DNA from: Heterodontus francisci
Lineage: Eukaryota
Length of the DNA stretch: 64,000 nucleotides
Assembly (NCBI RefSeq): GCF_036365525.1
Contig: NC_090382.1
Coordinates: 111,014,372 to 111,078,371, forward strand
Direction of reading: 5' to 3'
The translations under genes were made by a program, and so were the position numbers. Positions 60,269 to 64,000 of the stretch are shown one piece after another. How positions within the stretch are numbered: position 1 is the stretch's first letter; each line of letters starts with the position of its first letter. The notes under the pieces were generated by a model. The model did not search any database and was not told where the DNA came from. It worked only from the letters and a program-made list of their open reading frames with translations.

Positions 60269-60999
60269 CTTATTGTAGATAAGTTGAGGTTCGAAGTACA
60301 CATGCATTTCCGGAATGGACATACATTATATAATGATTTATACTTCCTGTGTAATTCAATGTTAAGCCACTAGGATATTGCTGAACAAAATCAAGCAAGA
60401 AGTTGCGAAATATGACAGTCAGAATTATTTAAGCATTCTTTATGTAGAATCAATGTTTACTTTTTTGTGAACAATTATTTCCATATTGAAGAATATCGCA
60501 GCAAAATGCCGCAAGCATATTGGCATGAAGATAACGCTTGAAGGTGAAAATCGTCGCAATGCAGTACGGTTTTGTTGTTTGGAATTAGGTTCCTGACTCT
60601 TCACAAAAAATCCCGCAGTTGTACTAAATATCACTCCACTTTTACCGTGCAGTCAAAGTGAACTACGAAAACTGGTTTGGTTATAGGCAGAGCATGTCAA
60701 ACGAAATTTATACTGCTTCTGCGATTGGCATTCGGCATGCCTCGGCATCAATGCTACATTTTCTGTGGATGTGCCCGAAAATCCTTTGGCATACACGAAG
60801 TTATTTTTTTCAAATAGTTCTTATGTAATCATCACGTGACGTACGAAATGCGTCTGTTGTAATAAAATATTGATTCAGACTGTATGATGCTTACTATAAA
60901 TGTTCCTCAGTTAAATAAACATTGGATCATTATATTCGATGTTGTTTTTGTTCTTTGCATGTTGGTCGTGTGACCAAATAGTGATAATTCTTTGAAATT

Positions 61000-62625
61000 C
61001 CTTCTTTGTTTGTGGGCGTCGCTAACAAGACCAGGATTTATTGCCCATCCCAATTAGCCATTGCCATGGTGGTGGTGAGCCATCTTCTTGAACGGTTGGA
61101 ATTTAAGTGGTGTAGGTACACTCACAATGCAGCTAGGGAGGGAGCTCCAGGAAATTGACGCAGCGACAGTGAAGGCATGGAACTACAGTACCAAGTCAGG
61201 ATGGTGTGTGGCTTGGAGGGGAACTTGCAGGTGTTGGTGTTCCCGTGCAACTGCTGCCCTTGTACTTCTAGGTGGTAGAGGTCGTAGGTTTGGAAGGGCT
61301 GTCGAAGAAGCCTTGGAGAGTTGCTGCAGTGCATCGTGTAGATGGTACACTACAAGTGTGTCAGGGGTTTTGAGTGTTGTTGGGGCTGGACTCATCCAGG
61401 CAAGTGGAAAGTATTCCATCACACTCCTGACTTGTGCCCTGCAGATGGCGGACAGGCTTTGAAGAGTAAGGAGGTGAGTTACTCGCCACAGAATTCCCAG
61501 CGTCTGAATGGCTCTTGTAGCCACAGTATCTATAATGGCTTGTCCAGTTAATTTTCTGGTCAATGGTAACTTCCAGGGTGTTGATGGTGGGGCATTCAGT
61601 GATGGTAATGCCATTGAATGTCAAGGGGAGATGATTAGATTCTCTTGTTGGAGATGATCATTGCCTGACACTTGCGTGGCACGAATGTCACTTGCCACTT
61701 ATCAGCACAAGCGTGAATGTGGCTGGTCTTGCTTCATGCAGGCATGGACTGCTTCAGTATCTGAGGAGTCATGAATGGTAATGAACACTGTGAAATCATG
61801 AACAAACATCCTATTTCTGACCTTATGTTGGATGGATAGTCATCGATTAAGTAGTTGAAGACAGTTGTGCCTAGGACAGTACCCTGAGAGAATCCTGCAG
61901 TGATGTCCTGGGGCTGAGATGATTAGCTTCCGGTAACCACAACCATCTTACTTTGTGCAAGGTTTAATTCCAACCAGTGGCAAGTTCCCCCCCTGATTCC
62001 CATCGACTTGGCCACACCTAGAATATTGTGTGCAGTTTTGGTCTCCTTATCTGAGGAAGGAAGTTTTTGCTATAGAGGGAGTGCAACGGAGGTTTACCAG
62101 ACTGATTCCTGGGATGGCAGGACTGACGTATGAGGAGAGATTGAGTTGGTTAGGATTATATTCGCTGGAGTTCAGAAGAATGAGGGGGGATCTCATCGAA
62201 ACCTATAAAATTCTAAAAGGACTTGACAGGGTAGATGCAGCAAGGATGTTCCCGATGGCAGGGGTCATAGTCTAAGGATACGGGTTAAATCTTTCAGGAC
62301 TGAGATGAGGAGAAATTTCTTCACCCAGTGAGTGGTGAGCCTGTGGAATTCACTACCGTAGAAAGCAGTTGAGGCCAAAACATTGCATGTTTTCAAAAAG
62401 GAGTTAGTATAGCTCTTGGATCTAAAGGGATCAAAGGGTATGGGTGAAAGCGGGAACGGGCTACTGAGTTGGATGATCAGCCATGATCATAATGAATGGC
62501 GGAGCAGGCTCGAAGGGCCGAATGGCCTACTCCTGCTCTTATTTTCAGTGACTTCACTTTTGTCAGGGCTCCTTGATGCTACGCTTGTTCGAATGCTGCC
62601 TTGATGTCAAGGGCAATCATTCTTA
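61000..62625 (-). mobile_element. CR1/L2-superfamily LINE fragment (same family as 1-735), interrupted by a plus-strand CR1 at 62010-62550
   Basis: AQVRSVMEYFPLAWMSPAPTTLK; homologous to 51605-52625. Confidence 0.85.
62010..62550 (+). mobile_element. CR1 3' fragment (same young family as 52645-53190)
   Basis: [37 protein letters not shown]. Confidence 0.9.
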
Positions 62626-63000
62626 CTCGTGTTGTTCCTACTATGACTGCGAGCCACTGTAATCAAACAATGTTCTTTGGGGGCTAAAGTGCAAATCGAA
62701 CAATGTAGCTTGATATTGACTCTGATAGCAATTTTCAGGGCGCATACGAATCATCATGACTTCGCTTTCATTTTTATCGATGTTGTTCCATGTATATTTT
62801 ACTATGTTTGGTTATATTTATCCTATCGCCAGTGCTTTTTGTTCGTGTATATTTTGCGACGTGTATGTACAAAGCCTGAAATGAAGGGATTTTGTGAGTA
62901 CCTTTACAAAGAATGGTGCTATCACCAAGGGCACATGGGGAATTTCAATTTCAACTCTTGGTGAAGCAAAATAGTTCAAATTCCCTAGACGAGAAATGAC

Positions 63001-63030
63001 CACACACACACACACACACACAAACAAACA
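63001..63030. repeat. (CA)n microsatellite
   Basis: About 11 CA units. Confidence 0.9.
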
Positions 63031-64000
63031 CGCGAACTGTGGACATGAAAACTACCATATAACTTAAATAGAAGCTACTAGCATTATTCGACTCGACATG
63101 CATGGGTCCCTTTTAGACCGTCCTCCGTAGCCTCTGATATCATTGGGGGGGAAAACTGGAGCCAGTGGAACATTCTGCGCTGCATTTCCCTCCTCGATGG
63201 CACTGTAAATCTAAATGAATCTCCGCACTAACTCCTGTCTATAGCTCATAATCAAGTTTATCTCCACCATGTATTCATTTCTTATCCATACTCCCAGTTA
63301 TAAAATAATAGCTCTCCCTAATTAGCGAAGGAAAGGCAAGGTTTAACGGTCGCTACGGCACTCAGTTGCACAGATTTGTTTTGAAAGGTAAGTAACAATT
63401 TGTGGTAATTGAGCGACGGGTTCTTTGATCTTGGAAATACCGAAAATGCACTCGGTGCCAATACAATTGACAGTAGGTCTCTGGCCCAGAGTCTCCTGCA
63501 AGATGTACGAACTGACTACTATGAACTTGTCAGTCTGAACATGAACCAAACAATTCATTTACTAATGACGTACGATGTCTGAAGTTTATCGAGAATGCGA
63601 TTCTGAGTTGTTCAGCTGACGTAAATAATACTAAACTGCCAATGGAATAAACATGCTATCTAGTTATGTTCGGTTATCAGCGAATGAAAACATGCCTGAG
63701 TTGCTTGTTGAAAAAATACTTGAATGCACTTGTTCAGAATGCAAATAGAATCATACTTTGTTAATAATTAATATAGTGCAATAGTAATTGCGGGGGCAGT
63801 GAAATTATTGCATAACATTGAATCGAAATAGTAAAGATATTCGAAAAAATAAATATAAGCTTAAATTATTCTCGAAATATGTATCAAAAGGTTTATTTTA
63901 TACAAATGCTCTAACAGCTTCCAATTTTCATCAGGTGAGCTGCACTTTAAGAAAGACAAGGACGAAATTACATTTATTGTCAATACATCTCAAAGCCCTT

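Noticed and set aside
58650-63000. Possible Pcdh constant exons in the long spacer after exon 5
   Set aside because: No DWR(F/Y)S- or WPNN-type constant-region peptide recognised; short divergent exons cannot be fully excluded by eye.
1-64000. CRISPR arrays, rRNA or prokaryotic systems
   Set aside because: No repeat-spacer arrays, rRNA-like sequence or operon structure seen; the sequence is vertebrate.

Overview
Vertebrate genomic DNA, very probably a cartilaginous fish (inferred from HE1-like V-SINEs and abundant CR1 LINEs). The window lies inside a clustered protocadherin (cPcdh) array. Five intact, same-strand variable exons of about 2.4 kb (ATG at 2075, 13055, 26721, 41739, 48596) each encode signal peptide, six cadherin repeats, TM and a short cytoplasmic tail. 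One truncated pseudogene lies at 35642-36613. Each intact unit has its own promoter with a CSE/CTCF-type element about 270 bp upstream of the ATG, bracketed by inverted CCAAT boxes. I recognised no constant exons. All five ORFs end in their own stop codon and are followed by a conserved 3' flank, with ATTAAA at a homologous position in four of five units. This suggests self-terminating, beta-like single-exon genes, and two of them carry a possible vestigial in-frame splice donor. Spacers are packed with decayed CR1, L2-like, RTE, Penelope-like (with a hammerhead ribozyme motif), LTR and SINE insertions. Alignments were made by eye and TE boundaries are approximate.
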